Assembly: GCA_963727105.1 (NCBI GenBank)
Contig: CAVSEW010000001.1
Coordinates: 1,643,464 to 1,707,463, forward strand
From: an uncultured Solirubrobacterales bacterium
GTDB taxonomy: Bacteria; Actinomycetota; Thermoleophilia; Solirubrobacterales; Solirubrobacteraceae
Reading direction: 5' to 3'
DNA length: 64,000 nt
How positions within the stretch are numbered: the stretch's first letter is position 1; every line of letters begins with the position of its first letter. This document shows, piece after piece, positions 47,250 through 57,471 of the stretch. The translations under genes were made by a program, and so were the position numbers. The notes under the pieces were generated by a model. The model saw only the letters and a list, made by a program, of their open reading frames with translations, had not been told where the DNA came from and made no database searches.

Positions 47250-49640
47250 CTACCCGGCGCCCGGCGTGACGCGGAAGGCGTCGAACACGGCGTCGATGTT
47301 GCGCAGGCGGTTGATCGCCTGGTCGAGTGAGCGCGTGTCCCCGACCTCGACCACGAACCGATTCTTGACCATCGGGTGGTTGACGGTGCAACGCGCCTCG
47401 AGGATGTTGATCCCCGTCTCGGCGAACGTCCGCGACATGTCCTCCAGCAGCCGGTGGCGGTCCCACCCGTCGACCTCGATCTCGACCCGGAACGAGGTCT
47501 CGGCGTCGCCGTCCCAGGCGACGGGCGTGAACCGGTCGGGATCCTTCCGCAGCACGGCCACGTTGGGACAGTCCTCGCGGTGGATCGTGATCCCGCGGCC
47601 GAGCGAGATGTAGCCGACAATCGGGTCGCCTGGCACCGGACGGCAGCACTTGGCCATCCGCAGCATGACCTCGTCGATCCCCTCAATCGAGATGCCGAAG
47701 CGCGCGGAGGACGTCGTCGGCCGCGAACGTCGGCGGCGCGTTTGCAGGAGGTCGTCGGTGGCCGTCGGCTCGGACTCGGCCGCCTCGCCCTGCTTGAGGC
47801 GCTGCATCAGCTTGTTGACGACGACCTTGGGCGAGATCTTGGCGCCGCCGAGGGCGATGTAGAAGTCCTCCCCCTTGCGGAAGCCCATCTCGCGGATGAC
47901 GTCGGCCAGCAGCGGCGAGCCGACCAGCTTCTGGGCCGGCAGCCCCTGCTTCTTCAGGTGCTCCTGGAGCAGCTCGCGTCCCGAGTGCTCGGTGTCCTTG
48001 CGCGACTCAGCCTTGAACCAGGCCTTGATCTTGTTGCGCGCGCGAGTGGTCTTGACGAGCGCGAGCCAGTCGCGCGAGGGTCCACGTTCGCGCTTGGACG
48101 TCAACACCTCGACGATGTCGCCCGAGCGCAGCTGGTAGGACAGTGGCACGATCTTGCCGTTGACCTTCGAGCCCACGCAGCGGTGCCCGACGTCGGTATG
48201 GATCTCGTAGGCGAAGTCGAGCGGGGTGGCGCCGGCGGCGAGCGACTTGACCTCGCCCTTCGGCGTGAATACGAACACCTCGTCTTCGAACAGGTCGACC
48301 TTGAGCGTCTCCATGAACTCGCGCGGATCGTGGAGATCCTGCTGCCAGTCGAGCAGCGAGCGGAGCCACTTGAGCTTTCCCTCCGAGTCGCGGAGGTTCG
48401 GGTTGCCGGGAGCCGCGGGCCTGGTCGCGTTCTCCTTGTACATCCAATGCGCGGCGATCCCGAACTCGGCCATGTCGTGCATCTCGCGGGTGCGAATCTG
48501 GATCTCGAGCGGACGCCCCTCCGGCCCGATGACCGTTGTGTGCAGCGACTGGTACATGTTGAACTTGGGCATCGCGATGAAGTCCTTGAAGCGCCCCGGG
48601 AGCGGCTTCCAGAGTGAATGGATCACCCCAACCGCCCCATAGCAGTCCTTCACCGAGCCGACGATCACGCGCATCGCCGTGAGGTCATAGATCTCGTTGA
48701 ACTCGCGCCCCTTCTTGGTCATCTTCGAGTAGATCGAGTAGAAGTGCTTGGCGCGTCCGGAGATCTCGGCCTCGATCCCCAGCTCGTCGAGCTCCTTGGA
48801 CAAGTATTCGCCCGCCTGGTTGACGTACCGCTCGCGCTCGGCGCGCTGCTGGGCGACGAGGCCCTTGATGTCGTTGTACTTGCGGGGGTGCAGAGTCTGG
48901 AAGGCGAGGTCTTCGAGCTCCCACTTGATCGCGTGGATACCGAGCCGATGGGCGATCGGCGCGTAGATGTCGAGTGTCTCCCGCGCCTTCTCGATCTGCT
49001 TCTGCTTGGGCATGGCCGAGATCGTGCGCATGTTGTGCAGCCGGTCGGCCAGCTTGATCAGGATGACCCGGATGTCCGTGGCCATCGCGACCATCATCTT
49101 GCGGTAGTTCTCCGCCTGCGCCTCGTCGCGCGATTGGAAGGTCAGCCCGGTCAGCTTCGTGACGCCGTCCACCAGGCCGGCGATCTCCTCGCCGAACGCC
49201 TCGTGCACCTCCTCGAGCGACGCCGAGGTGTCCTCGACCGTGTCGTGCAACAGCGCGGCGCACAGCGTCTCAGTGTCGAGCCGCATGCCGGCGCAGATCT
49301 TGGCCACGCCGACCGGGTGGATGATGAAGTCCTCGCCTGACTTGCGCCGCTGGTCAGCGTGGTGGACGCACGAGTAGACAAACGCCTCCTCGACGCGCTC
49401 GTGGTCGATCGCCATCGCGGCCTGCTCGGCGTGCTCCCCGACGATGGCGAACAGGTCGCTCAATAGCCTCCGCTCGGTGGTGGTGAGTTCGGCCCGCTCG
49501 ATCGCGGTCCGCGTATCTCCGTGCTCGACCCGATCGACCGGGATCCGCGAGGCGACGAGCGTCGAGCCGCCATGGGCGCCGTTGCCGGAGCCGCTGCCCT
49601 CGCGCCCGGCCTCGGCCGCGCGCGGTCCGTCGCGCTTCAG
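47250..49640 (-). CDS. relA: Bifunctional (p)ppGpp synthetase/hydrolase (start uncertain: TTG 49463, CTG 49640 or ATT 49673)
   Basis: HD motif LLHDTVED, GRAKH..YQSLHT..EIQIRT, TGS, CC and ACT domains. Confidence 0.95.
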   Translation of the reverse strand: MKRDGPRAAEAGREGSGSGNGAHGGSTLVASRIPVDRVEHGDTRTAIERAELTTTERRLLSDLFAIVGEHAEQAAMAIDHERVEEAFVYSCVHHADQRRKSGEDFIIHPVGVAKICAGMRLDTETLCAALLHDTVEDTSASLEEVHEAFGEEIAGLVDGVTKLTGLTFQSRDEAQAENYRKMMVAMATDIRVILIKLADRLHNMRTISAMPKQKQIEKARETLDIYAPIAHRLGIHAIKWELEDLAFQTLHPRKYNDIKGLVAQQRAERERYVNQAGEYLSKELDELGIEAEISGRAKHFYSIYSKMTKKGREFNEIYDLTAMRVIVGSVKDCYGAVGVIHSLWKPLPGRFKDFIAMPKFNMYQSLHTTVIGPEGRPLEIQIRTREMHDMAEFGIAAHWMYKENATRPAAPGNPNLRDSEGKLKWLRSLLDWQQDLHDPREFMETLKVDLFEDEVFVFTPKGEVKSLAAGATPLDFAYEIHTDVGHRCVGSKVNGKIVPLSYQLRSGDIVEVLTSKRERGPSRDWLALVKTTRARNKIKAWFKAESRKDTEHSGRELLQEHLKKQGLPAQKLVGSPLLADVIREMGFRKGEDFYIALGGAKISPKVVVNKLMQRLKQGEAAESEPTATDDLLQTRRRRSRPTTSSARFGISIEGIDEVMLRMAKCCRPVPGDPIVGYISLGRGITIHREDCPNVAVLRKDPDRFTPVAWDGDAETSFRVEIEVDGWDRHRLLEDMSRTFAETGINILEARCTVNHPMVKNRFVVEVGDTRSLDQAINRLRNIDAVFDAFRVTPGAG

Positions 49641-52204
49641 ACGCTTGGCCGATGATTTGCGCTGCTCAGAAATGTTCGTCCGTCCTCGTATCGGGCTTGG
49701 TAGCCCCGGTAGGCGGGCGAGCGTTCGAGCGCCGTCGGCGCCGTGCTCGCGACCTCCAGGGCCGGCAGATCCCGGTCGAGGCTGACGAGGTCCAGCTCCA
49801 CGAGGACCCTGATCAGTCGGCCGGCGAGCCTCGCCGGACGGCCGTGGGGACCGTCACCGCGGAGCAGGCTCTCGAGTTCCTCACCGGCCACCCTGCTCCG
49901 TTGCCTGAGACCGCGGAAAAGAGCGGTGAGCGAAGTCCGAAGACCGTACTCCAACTCATGTATCTGCTCCGCAAAGCGTAGCTCAGCCACGCCCCAGGAC
50001 AGATGGGTGAAGCCGGACCCTGCGCGCAGACCAGCATCCGCATCGACGCCGGGCGGGGGATCGAGAGCGACCACGTGCTCGAACGGATCCCCCATCCGGG
50101 GATCGGCAGCCAGTGCGTGGTGGCCGATGAGCGTAAAGCCGCCGGCGCGGCTGGCCAGCCCGCCGAGACGGCGCGGCACGTCCGCGCAGACCGCGAGAAC
50201 GTCCCCTCCGGCGGCGATCGCATCGGCGATCACGGCGAGGGGACTCTCGCGCCGACGGTCGAGGACGATGCGGCCGTACGCCAGGGCGCACGGATCGGCC
50301 GCGGCGCCCGGTGCGTTCGGAGCGGATGCAGCCGTGGTCGCCTTGGCCCCCGGCGCACCCCGACCCGCGTCGGGATCGCGGTCCATCTCGGCCAGAGCCG
50401 CCGCCAGGTAATCCTCCGGCTCGCCGATCACCTCGATCGGTCCCGGGGCGCAGACCTGGGCGTGGCGGAGCACGAGGCGTGGCTCGACCGCACCGTTGTA
50501 CACGTTGCGCTCGAGCCGGAAGGTGGCGTCGACCGGCTCGCCCGAGGGCACGGCGAGGCGCCCGTCGCACCCGAATGCGACGGCACGGGCGATCGCCCCT
50601 CCAGAGGTGACGGCGAATCGGGCGTGTCGGCCTTCGCCCATCGTGCGCACCTCGCCGAAGCGGGCGCCGGGCACCAGCAGCCGCGGTCCCGGGTTGCCCA
50701 TCCCGCACGGCTCGAGCGCCTCGAGCTCCTCGGCCAGCGGCAGGCCGAGATCGGAGCCCGACACGATCGCGTCGACGCGCTCCAGCGGCCGCAGCAGGTC
50801 GGGGGTGAGCGCGGCCTCGGCGTGGCGCTCAAACGCCTCGGCGAACGCGGACACGCGGTCGCTCCGGATGGTCAGGCCGGCCGCGGCACGGTGGCCGCCG
50901 TAGCGCTCCATGTGCTCGGCGCAGGCGTGGAGCGCACCGAGCAGGTCGAAGCCGGAGATGCTGCGTCCCGAGCCGTGACCGATTCCGTGGCGGTCGACCG
51001 CGATCAGGATCGTCGGGCGATGATGGCGCTCGACCACGCGAGAGGCGACGATCCCGATTACGCCGGGGTGCCAATCCTCGCCCGCGAGCACAAACGCGCT
51101 TCGGGGCCCGGCCCGCGCGGCCTGGGCCTCCGCCGCCCACACGATCCGCTGCTCGACCGCCCGCCGTTCAGCGTTGACCGAATCGAGCTCCTCGGCGATC
51201 TCCCGAGCGCGGTTGGGATCGTCGGTCAGAAGCAGCTCGAGTCCGGCGTCGGCGCGACGGATCCGGCCGGCGGCGTTGATCCGCGGGGCGAGCCGGAACC
51301 CGAGCACGCCCGAGTCCAGCGCGCTGGGATCGACGGAGGAGACGGCCATCAGGGCACGGAGTCCGGGGCGGCTGGTGTTCGCCATCGCGGCGATCCCCTC
51401 GCGCACGAGCCGGCGGTTCTCGCCGCGCAGCGGCATCAGGTCCGCGACCGTGGCCAGCGCCACGAGCTCTCGGTCGTCCGGCGCCGTCGCCGCGCCGAGC
51501 GCCTCGGCGAGCTTGTGCGCCACCGCGGTCCCGCACAGGTCCGGGGTCGGGTAGCCGCACACGGCTGGATGGACGATCGGGCAGCTCGGAAGGCGGCCGT
51601 CGGCCCGGGGGGCGTGGTGGTCGGTGAGGACGACATCCATCCCCGCCTGGCGGGCCGCGTCGATCTCCTCGACGGCGGTGATCCCGCAATCGACGGTGAT
51701 GAGCAGGGTGGTGCCGCGCGCACTCAGGCGCTCCACGGTCTCGAGCGAGAGCCCATAGCCGTCCTCGAGGCGTCCGGGCAGGAACCAGCCCACGTCGGCG
51801 CCGAGGGAGCGCAGCGCGCGGACCATCACGGCGGTTGCGCACACCCCATCGACGTCGTAGTCGCCGTGGACGACGATCCGGCCTGCGGCCCGCACGTGAC
51901 GTTCGATCGTCGCCACGGCCTGATCGATCCGCTCGAACGCTCCCGGATCGTGCGCCTCGCGCGGGTGAAGAAACTCGCGCGCGGCAGCGGGGTCGGCCAG
52001 TCCTCGCCGGACGAGCACCTGGGCGAGGACGTGGCTGACCCCCAGCGCGCGCTCGAGGGCTGCCGCGGCGGCGAGGTCGTAGTCCGGGATCAGGAGCTCG
52101 GCCTGCGCCCACTCTGCGGCGGGCGACGGCTCACCGACGACGGACAGGCGCGCCGTATCGGGAGCTGGGGACGGGCTCAGCGCGGTCAGAGCTGCCTCGG
52201 GCAC
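49637..52204 (-). CDS. recJ: Single-stranded DNA exonuclease RecJ with C-terminal extension
   Basis: DYDVDG, TVDCG, TDHH, PRINAAGR, GGHRAAAG; TAGCCT -10 six nt before GTG. Confidence 0.95.
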   Translation of the reverse strand: MPEAALTALSPSPAPDTARLSVVGEPSPAAEWAQAELLIPDYDLAAAAALERALGVSHVLAQVLVRRGLADPAAAREFLHPREAHDPGAFERIDQAVATIERHVRAAGRIVVHGDYDVDGVCATAVMVRALRSLGADVGWFLPGRLEDGYGLSLETVERLSARGTTLLITVDCGITAVEEIDAARQAGMDVVLTDHHAPRADGRLPSCPIVHPAVCGYPTPDLCGTAVAHKLAEALGAATAPDDRELVALATVADLMPLRGENRRLVREGIAAMANTSRPGLRALMAVSSVDPSALDSGVLGFRLAPRINAAGRIRRADAGLELLLTDDPNRAREIAEELDSVNAERRAVEQRIVWAAEAQAARAGPRSAFVLAGEDWHPGVIGIVASRVVERHHRPTILIAVDRHGIGHGSGRSISGFDLLGALHACAEHMERYGGHRAAAGLTIRSDRVSAFAEAFERHAEAALTPDLLRPLERVDAIVSGSDLGLPLAEELEALEPCGMGNPGPRLLVPGARFGEVRTMGEGRHARFAVTSGGAIARAVAFGCDGRLAVPSGEPVDATFRLERNVYNGAVEPRLVLRHAQVCAPGPIEVIGEPEDYLAAALAEMDRDPDAGRGAPGAKATTAASAPNAPGAAADPCALAYGRIVLDRRRESPLAVIADAIAAGGDVLAVCADVPRRLGGLASRAGGFTLIGHHALAADPRMGDPFEHVVALDPPPGVDADAGLRAGSGFTHLSWGVAELRFAEQIHELEYGLRTSLTALFRGLRQRSRVAGEELESLLRGDGPHGRPARLAGRLIRVLVELDLVSLDRDLPALEVASTAPTALERSPAYRGYQARYEDGRTFLSSANHRPSV

Positions 52205-52226
52205 GTCGTCAGGCTATGCCCCGCCT

Positions 52227-52249
52227 CCGACGGATCCCGGATCCGTCGG
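52227..52249. promoter_or_regulatory. Perfect 11-bp inverted repeat in the recJ promoter region
   Basis: CCGACGGATCC-C-GGATCCGTCGG. Confidence 0.45.
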
Positions 52250-52373
52250 GCACCGTTGACCGTTTTGGCACGAACTCGGCGCGGCTTGGGCACGCACCGT
52301 GACGCTTTCCCGCGCAGGACGGGCCGCCGGTCCGGAAACGAGGCCCTCGGCCCGATCGATCAGGTCAGACCGA

Positions 52374-52661
52374 TCAGGTCAGGCCGATGCCGGACCGCTC
52401 GGTCAGGCGCTCGCGGCGGACGCCCTCGAAGTAGACGAGAGCGATGCCGATCAACGCGCCCGGAATCGCCTCGAGCGCAGTCGAGATGTGCGTGTCGTGT
52501 CGGCCGGGGATGTGGAAGCCGCTGACGATGAAGCCGAACACGACGGCGCCGACCAGCGCCCCGATGAAGGCGCCAACAATCCCACCCCAGAAGCGGTCGG
52601 GCAGCCAGATCGTGAAATGCCACAGCGCCAGGCCCATCATCACCCAGGCGAGCATGCCCAT
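52374..52661 (-). CDS. Small membrane protein (about 3 TM)
   Basis: Gly-rich hydrophobic helices; TGATG overlap with secDF. Confidence 0.8.
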   Translation of the reverse strand: MGMLAWVMMGLALWHFTIWLPDRFWGGIVGAFIGALVGAVVFGFIVSGFHIPGRHDTHISTALEAIPGALIGIALVYFEGVRRERLTERSGIGLT

Positions 52662-55600
52662 CAGCGACGTCTCCCGTGTCGGCGGGTGCGCGAGCGCGAT
52701 TTCGAGGCGCCCTTGGGCTTGGAGACCGGGACCACGCCCTCGTTCTCCGCGATATCGGGGGCCGGCGCGGGCGGGGCGCTCTGGGGCGCGGGCCGTGGGC
52801 TCGGTGCGCTGCTCGGCGCGCCGGGGGCGCTGGTGCCGCCTCGCGGCTCGCCGTCATCCTCCCGCTGCGCGGGCTTGGTCGCCGCCGGGGCCTCGCTCTC
52901 GGACGTGTGCGAGGTGCGCTTGGTCAGCGTCGAGGTGTGGCGGCTCGCGGCGCCCCGTTCGATCTCGAGGTCGCGCTTCATCTGCTCGAACTCGGCCGCG
53001 GACACGGTATCGGGCTCCGGCGCGGTGAGGCGGCCGGTGCGACGCGCGGACTTGGCGGTCGGCTCGATGTCGGCGCCGGTGCCGGCGTAGGCGGGCACGC
53101 CCCCGAGATCCTCCTCGATCCGGCGGCGCCGGGCGCGGTACTGGGGCTCGCGCTCCTTCCACTGCGTGAGCACTGGGGAGGCGATGAAGATCGACGAGTA
53201 GGCGCCGGACGCGACGCCGATCAGCAGCGCGAAGGCGAAGTCCTTGAGCGTCGCCCCGCCGAACAGCAGCAGCGCGATGATCGGCATCAGCGTGCACGAG
53301 GTCGTGGCGAGCGACCGAGTCAGCACCTCGGACATCGACCGGTTGACGATCTGCGAGAAGGCAGCGCGAGGCATTCGCGGCATGTTTTCGCGGACGCGGT
53401 CGAACACGATGATCGTGTCATAGAGGGAGTAGCCCAAGATGGTCAGCAGCGCGGCCACGGTCGCTGTCGTCACCTCCCGGCCAGTCAGGGCGTAGACGCC
53501 GCTCGTGATCAGAAGGTCGTGCATCAGCGCGATGAGCACGGGGATCGCGAACTTCCATTCGAATCGGAGCGCTACGTAGGCAGAGATCACAAGCAGCGAG
53601 GCGATGATCGCGACCACGGCGCTGTTGGCGATCGTCTTCCCGAACGTCGGCCCGACCGACGTCGAGTCGAACGATCGCAGTCCGTACTTCGTGGTCAGAT
53701 CAGAGCGGACTGCGGCTACCTTGGCCGGTTCGAGCTGCTTGGAGGACACCTGGTAGACGTCGGGGCCGAGCGCCTTGTTGGTCACCTTCTGGACCTCGGG
53801 GTTGGGGGCCCCCACGCCGGACACGATCGAGCGCACCTGAGCCTCGCTCGCCGGACGCAGGAGGCTTGCGGTGATCCTCGTCCCTGACGTGAAGTCGATG
53901 CCCAGGTTCAGCCCCTTCCCACCGATCGCCAGCGCGCCGATCAGCAGAATCACACCCGACATCGAGAAGAAGTAGCGAGAGGCGCCCATGAAGTCGAACC
54001 GCCACTGCCGGCGCTTGCCGCCCGCCCCCAGCGCCGAGGGGCTCGCGATCAGTCGCGAGTCGCCCATTGTCATCAGGATCGCCTGTGTGGCCAGCACGGC
54101 CGTGAACAGCGAGACGATCACGCCGATGCCGAGCGTGAAGGCGAAGCCCTTGACGTCGGCGGTGGCGAGCACGAACAGGATGAACGCGGTCATGATCGTG
54201 ACCACGTTTGCGTCGATGATCGCGGTCAGTCCCTTGCGATAGCCGGTCGCTATCCCCTGGCGGATCGACCGCCCGCCGCGGATCTCCTCCTTGACGCGTT
54301 CGAAGATGACGATGTTTGCGTCCGCGGCGACACCGATCGTCAGGATCAGACCGGCGATGCCCGGGAGCGTCAGCGTGATCGGGATCAGCTTGATCAGCGC
54401 GTAGAAGTAGGCCGCGTAGACGATCAGGGCGGCGGTGGCGATCACCCCGAGCACGCGGTAGAAGGCGATCAGGAAGATCGCGACGACGAGCAGGCCGGCC
54501 AGACCCGCGATCAGGCCCTGGTGCAGAGCCTGCTTTCCGAGTGTCGCCGACACCTGCGACTCGGAGATCAACTTGAGCTTGATCGGGAGTGCTCCGAGGC
54601 GGAGCTGAGTCGCGAGGTCCTGGGCCGACTGGATCGTGAACCCACCGGTGATCTCGGCTCCGTTGTCACCGGGGATGCCATCCGGGAACAGCTTGTGGTC
54701 GATCTGCGGGACCGTGATCAGCTTGTTGTCGAGCGCGACCGCGAAGTGCTGGTTGTTGCTCTGGCCAACGCTGACGAGGTCACCGCGATGGGCGATCGTC
54801 GAGGTGACCTTCTGGAACGCGGCACCGCCGTTCGCGGTGAACCCGAACGAGACGTCGGGTGAGCCGGTCGAGTCGGTGCTCTGCTGCGGGTTGGAGATCT
54901 GGTTGCCGAACAACGAGACGTTGTCCTTGAGCACGTAGAACTGCGCCGTCGGGCTCGCGAACGGGGTGGGATGCGCCTGGTTGGCGTCGGCTGCCTGAAG
55001 CACCACCGTCCCCGGCGGCACGACGATCTGCTCGCCCTCCGAGGCGCTGACGCCGGACGGAAGCCCGGAGATCAGATCCTGGACGTTGTCGTCCGGCCCC
55101 GAGAGCAGACAGTGAACGCCGGGCGTGGGAGTCGTCCCCGCGTCCTTCGCCGCCTGGGCGCAGGCAGCGCTTCCGGGGGCACCGAACATGTAGTACTCGG
55201 AGCCGAGGCGGGCTGGGTTCGCGGTCTTCGCCGGCGGCTGCTTGGCCGCCAGTTTGACCGCGTTGTACAGCGACATCGAACCCTCACCGGGCAGGCCCGG
55301 ACCGGCGCTCGACGATCCCTGGCTGATCGCGACCGCATTTTGATCAAGTGTCAGAAGCTGGCTGGCGACCGTCTTCCCGTTCGGGGTGAGCGCGTTCGCC
55401 TCCCAGTCGTAGAACTCGAGCCGCGCCGTCGTGCCGACCTGTTTCTCCGCGCGCGCGATGTCCTTCACGTCAGGGAGACCGACCGTGATCTGGTTGCCGC
55501 CGGAGGTCTGGATCTCCGGCTCGGTGACGCCGAGGGCATCGACGCGCTCGCGCATGATGTCGACGGCGCGCGACAGGGCGTCCTGGGTGACCGTCGGGGT

Positions 55601-55753
55601 CTGCGCCGTCGGCTGGCCCTGGTAGACGAGCTCGACTCCGCCCTTGAGGTCGAGCCCGAGGCGAGTCTTCTGCGAGACCATCACCAGCACGGAGGCGCCG
55701 AGCAGCCCGAGGACGAGCAGCAGGATGAAGCCGTGGCGCTGACGATCAGTCAT
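52661..55753 (-). CDS. secDF: Fused protein translocase SecDF
   Basis: LGLDLKGG, DANIVIFER (SecD); GIDFTSG, GYSLYDTIIVFDRVRE (SecF). Confidence 0.96.
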   Translation of the reverse strand: MTDRQRHGFILLLVLGLLGASVLVMVSQKTRLGLDLKGGVELVYQGQPTAQTPTVTQDALSRAVDIMRERVDALGVTEPEIQTSGGNQITVGLPDVKDIARAEKQVGTTARLEFYDWEANALTPNGKTVASQLLTLDQNAVAISQGSSSAGPGLPGEGSMSLYNAVKLAAKQPPAKTANPARLGSEYYMFGAPGSAACAQAAKDAGTTPTPGVHCLLSGPDDNVQDLISGLPSGVSASEGEQIVVPPGTVVLQAADANQAHPTPFASPTAQFYVLKDNVSLFGNQISNPQQSTDSTGSPDVSFGFTANGGAAFQKVTSTIAHRGDLVSVGQSNNQHFAVALDNKLITVPQIDHKLFPDGIPGDNGAEITGGFTIQSAQDLATQLRLGALPIKLKLISESQVSATLGKQALHQGLIAGLAGLLVVAIFLIAFYRVLGVIATAALIVYAAYFYALIKLIPITLTLPGIAGLILTIGVAADANIVIFERVKEEIRGGRSIRQGIATGYRKGLTAIIDANVVTIMTAFILFVLATADVKGFAFTLGIGVIVSLFTAVLATQAILMTMGDSRLIASPSALGAGGKRRQWRFDFMGASRYFFSMSGVILLIGALAIGGKGLNLGIDFTSGTRITASLLRPASEAQVRSIVSGVGAPNPEVQKVTNKALGPDVYQVSSKQLEPAKVAAVRSDLTTKYGLRSFDSTSVGPTFGKTIANSAVVAIIASLLVISAYVALRFEWKFAIPVLIALMHDLLITSGVYALTGREVTTATVAALLTILGYSLYDTIIVFDRVRENMPRMPRAAFSQIVNRSMSEVLTRSLATTSCTLMPIIALLLFGGATLKDFAFALLIGVASGAYSSIFIASPVLTQWKEREPQYRARRRRIEEDLGGVPAYAGTGADIEPTAKSARRTGRLTAPEPDTVSAAEFEQMKRDLEIERGAASRHTSTLTKRTSHTSESEAPAATKPAQREDDGEPRGGTSAPGAPSSAPSPRPAPQSAPPAPAPDIAENEGVVPVSKPKGASKSRSRTRRHGRRR

Positions 55754-55792
55754 CGACTGAGTTGGATGCTAGTGGTCATCCGGGCGTGGCCA

Positions 55793-56257
55793 CTAGTGGT
55801 GATTCGTCGGCGTGAGCACGAGAAGCACCCCGCCTTCCTCGTCATCGTAGGCGGGAAAGATGTCGGCCACCGCGTTGGCGGGCAGGTCGTGCTCGGCGTT
55901 GACCGCCACCGGCTTGCCCTGCACGCGGACCTCCCACTCCAGCGCGGTCCCGAGATGGTCCGAGCCGTCCTCGAAATGGAGGCCGAGGACGTCGCGCACG
56001 GGCCGCCCGATCGCCTGCTCTATCCTGATCCCGGTCAGTTCGAACGAGCCCCGTCCGCAGTCGACGACACGGCCCTCGCGATCACAGGCGAAGAAGGCCG
56101 CGTTTGGGGCCGGGTAATAGTCGTCCAGAAGCTCGAACAGGTACGCGAAACCGCATTTCTCGCACCCGCGCGTCTCGCGGCGGAAGCCCTGCGTGCGCTG
56201 CAGGCCGGCCGAGCGATTGCCGCAGTGGGGACAGATGAAGTAGTGCTCGTGGGACAT
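55793..56257 (-). CDS. Zn-ribbon + PAS domain protein
   Basis: CPHC..CEKC followed by FFACDREGRVV..ELTG..IGRPV PAS-like pattern. Confidence 0.75.
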   Translation of the reverse strand: MSHEHYFICPHCGNRSAGLQRTQGFRRETRGCEKCGFAYLFELLDDYYPAPNAAFFACDREGRVVDCGRGSFELTGIRIEQAIGRPVRDVLGLHFEDGSDHLGTALEWEVRVQGKPVAVNAEHDLPANAVADIFPAYDDEEGGVLLVLTPTNHH

Positions 56258-56426
56258 GGGGCGTGTTCGCAGGATAGCCAGGGCCGCGTCGGGCTTATCG
56301 GCCGGCGCGCCCTCGTCCGAGGACACGTACCTCACATGTGTCCTCGGACGGGACGCGCCTGCCTGGGAACCCGTTGACCCGGGCGCCCACAGGAGGCGGT
56401 CAAAAGATCGCAGTCGAGATTAAGTG

Positions 56427-57446
56427 TTAGAGAAGAGTCATCGGGCCGGGTGGTTCGAGGCCGAGATGCTCGTACGCGCGTCGAGTGGCGGCCCGGCCCC
56501 GTGGGGTTCGCTCGATCAGGCCGCGCTGTAGCAGATAGGGCTCGTAGACGTCCTCGATCGTGTCCTGCTCCTCGCCGACCGCGACGGCCAGCGTTGAGAG
56601 GCCGACCGGCCCCCCGGAGAACTTCTCGCAGATCGTGCTGAGGATCTCGCGGTCGAGCCGGTCGAGGCCCTCGTGGTCGACCTGAAGCAGGTCGAGCGCG
56701 GCGGCGGCCACCGGCGCCGTGACGACGCCCCCCTCTCGGACCTCGGCGTAGTCCCGCACGCGCTTGAGCAGCCGGTTGGCCACCCGGGGGGTGCCGCGGC
56801 TGCGCTCGGCGATCGCGACCGCGCCGCCCGCACCGATCTCGACGCCGAGCAGCCGAGCGGAGCGCCGCACGATCCGGGCCAGGTCGGAGGGCTGGTAGTG
56901 CTCGAGACGGTGCTGGATCCCGAACCGGTCGCGCAGCGGGGTGGTCAGCAGCCCGGCTCGCGTGGTCGCGCCGATCAGCGTGAATGGCGGCAGGTCGAGC
57001 GTCACCACCCTCGCCCCCGCCCCCTGCCCAACCGTGATCGGCAGCGCGCGATCCTCCATCGCCGGGTAGAAGGTCTCCTCGAGCGCGCGCGGCAGCCGGT
57101 GGATCTCGTCGACGAAGAACACGGACCGTGGCTCGAGCGCGGTCAGGAAGGCCGCGACGTCACCCTTGCGCTCGAGCGCAGGGCCCGCCGTCTGAACGAA
57201 AGGGACGTCGAGCTCGGCGGCCAGGATCTGGGCCAGCGAGGTCTTCCCCAGCCCGGGCGGCCCGGCCAGCAGCACGTGGTCGAGCGCCTCCTCCCGGGCC
57301 GCGGCCGCGGCGATCGATACCCCGAGCTGGTCCTTGAGGGCCTCCTGACCGATGAAGTCCTGGAGCCGGCGGGGCCGGAGCGAGCCGTCGAAGTCGTCGT
57401 CAGGGAGCGCCTCGGGCGCCTGGATCCGCTCGACCGCCGAGCTCAC
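56427..57446 (-). CDS. ruvB: Holliday junction helicase RuvB
   Basis: [24 protein letters not shown]. Confidence 0.98.
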   Translation of the reverse strand: MSSAVERIQAPEALPDDDFDGSLRPRRLQDFIGQEALKDQLGVSIAAAAAREEALDHVLLAGPPGLGKTSLAQILAAELDVPFVQTAGPALERKGDVAAFLTALEPRSVFFVDEIHRLPRALEETFYPAMEDRALPITVGQGAGARVVTLDLPPFTLIGATTRAGLLTTPLRDRFGIQHRLEHYQPSDLARIVRRSARLLGVEIGAGGAVAIAERSRGTPRVANRLLKRVRDYAEVREGGVVTAPVAAAALDLLQVDHEGLDRLDREILSTICEKFSGGPVGLSTLAVAVGEEQDTIEDVYEPYLLQRGLIERTPRGRAATRRAYEHLGLEPPGPMTLL

Positions 57447-57471
57447 GTGTCGGCCCTCCCAGCCGCCGCGC

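Noticed and set aside
52661-53100. SecDF low-complexity C-terminal tail as a separate domain or gene
   Set aside because: Pro/Ala/Arg-rich disordered tails are common in actinobacterial SecF.
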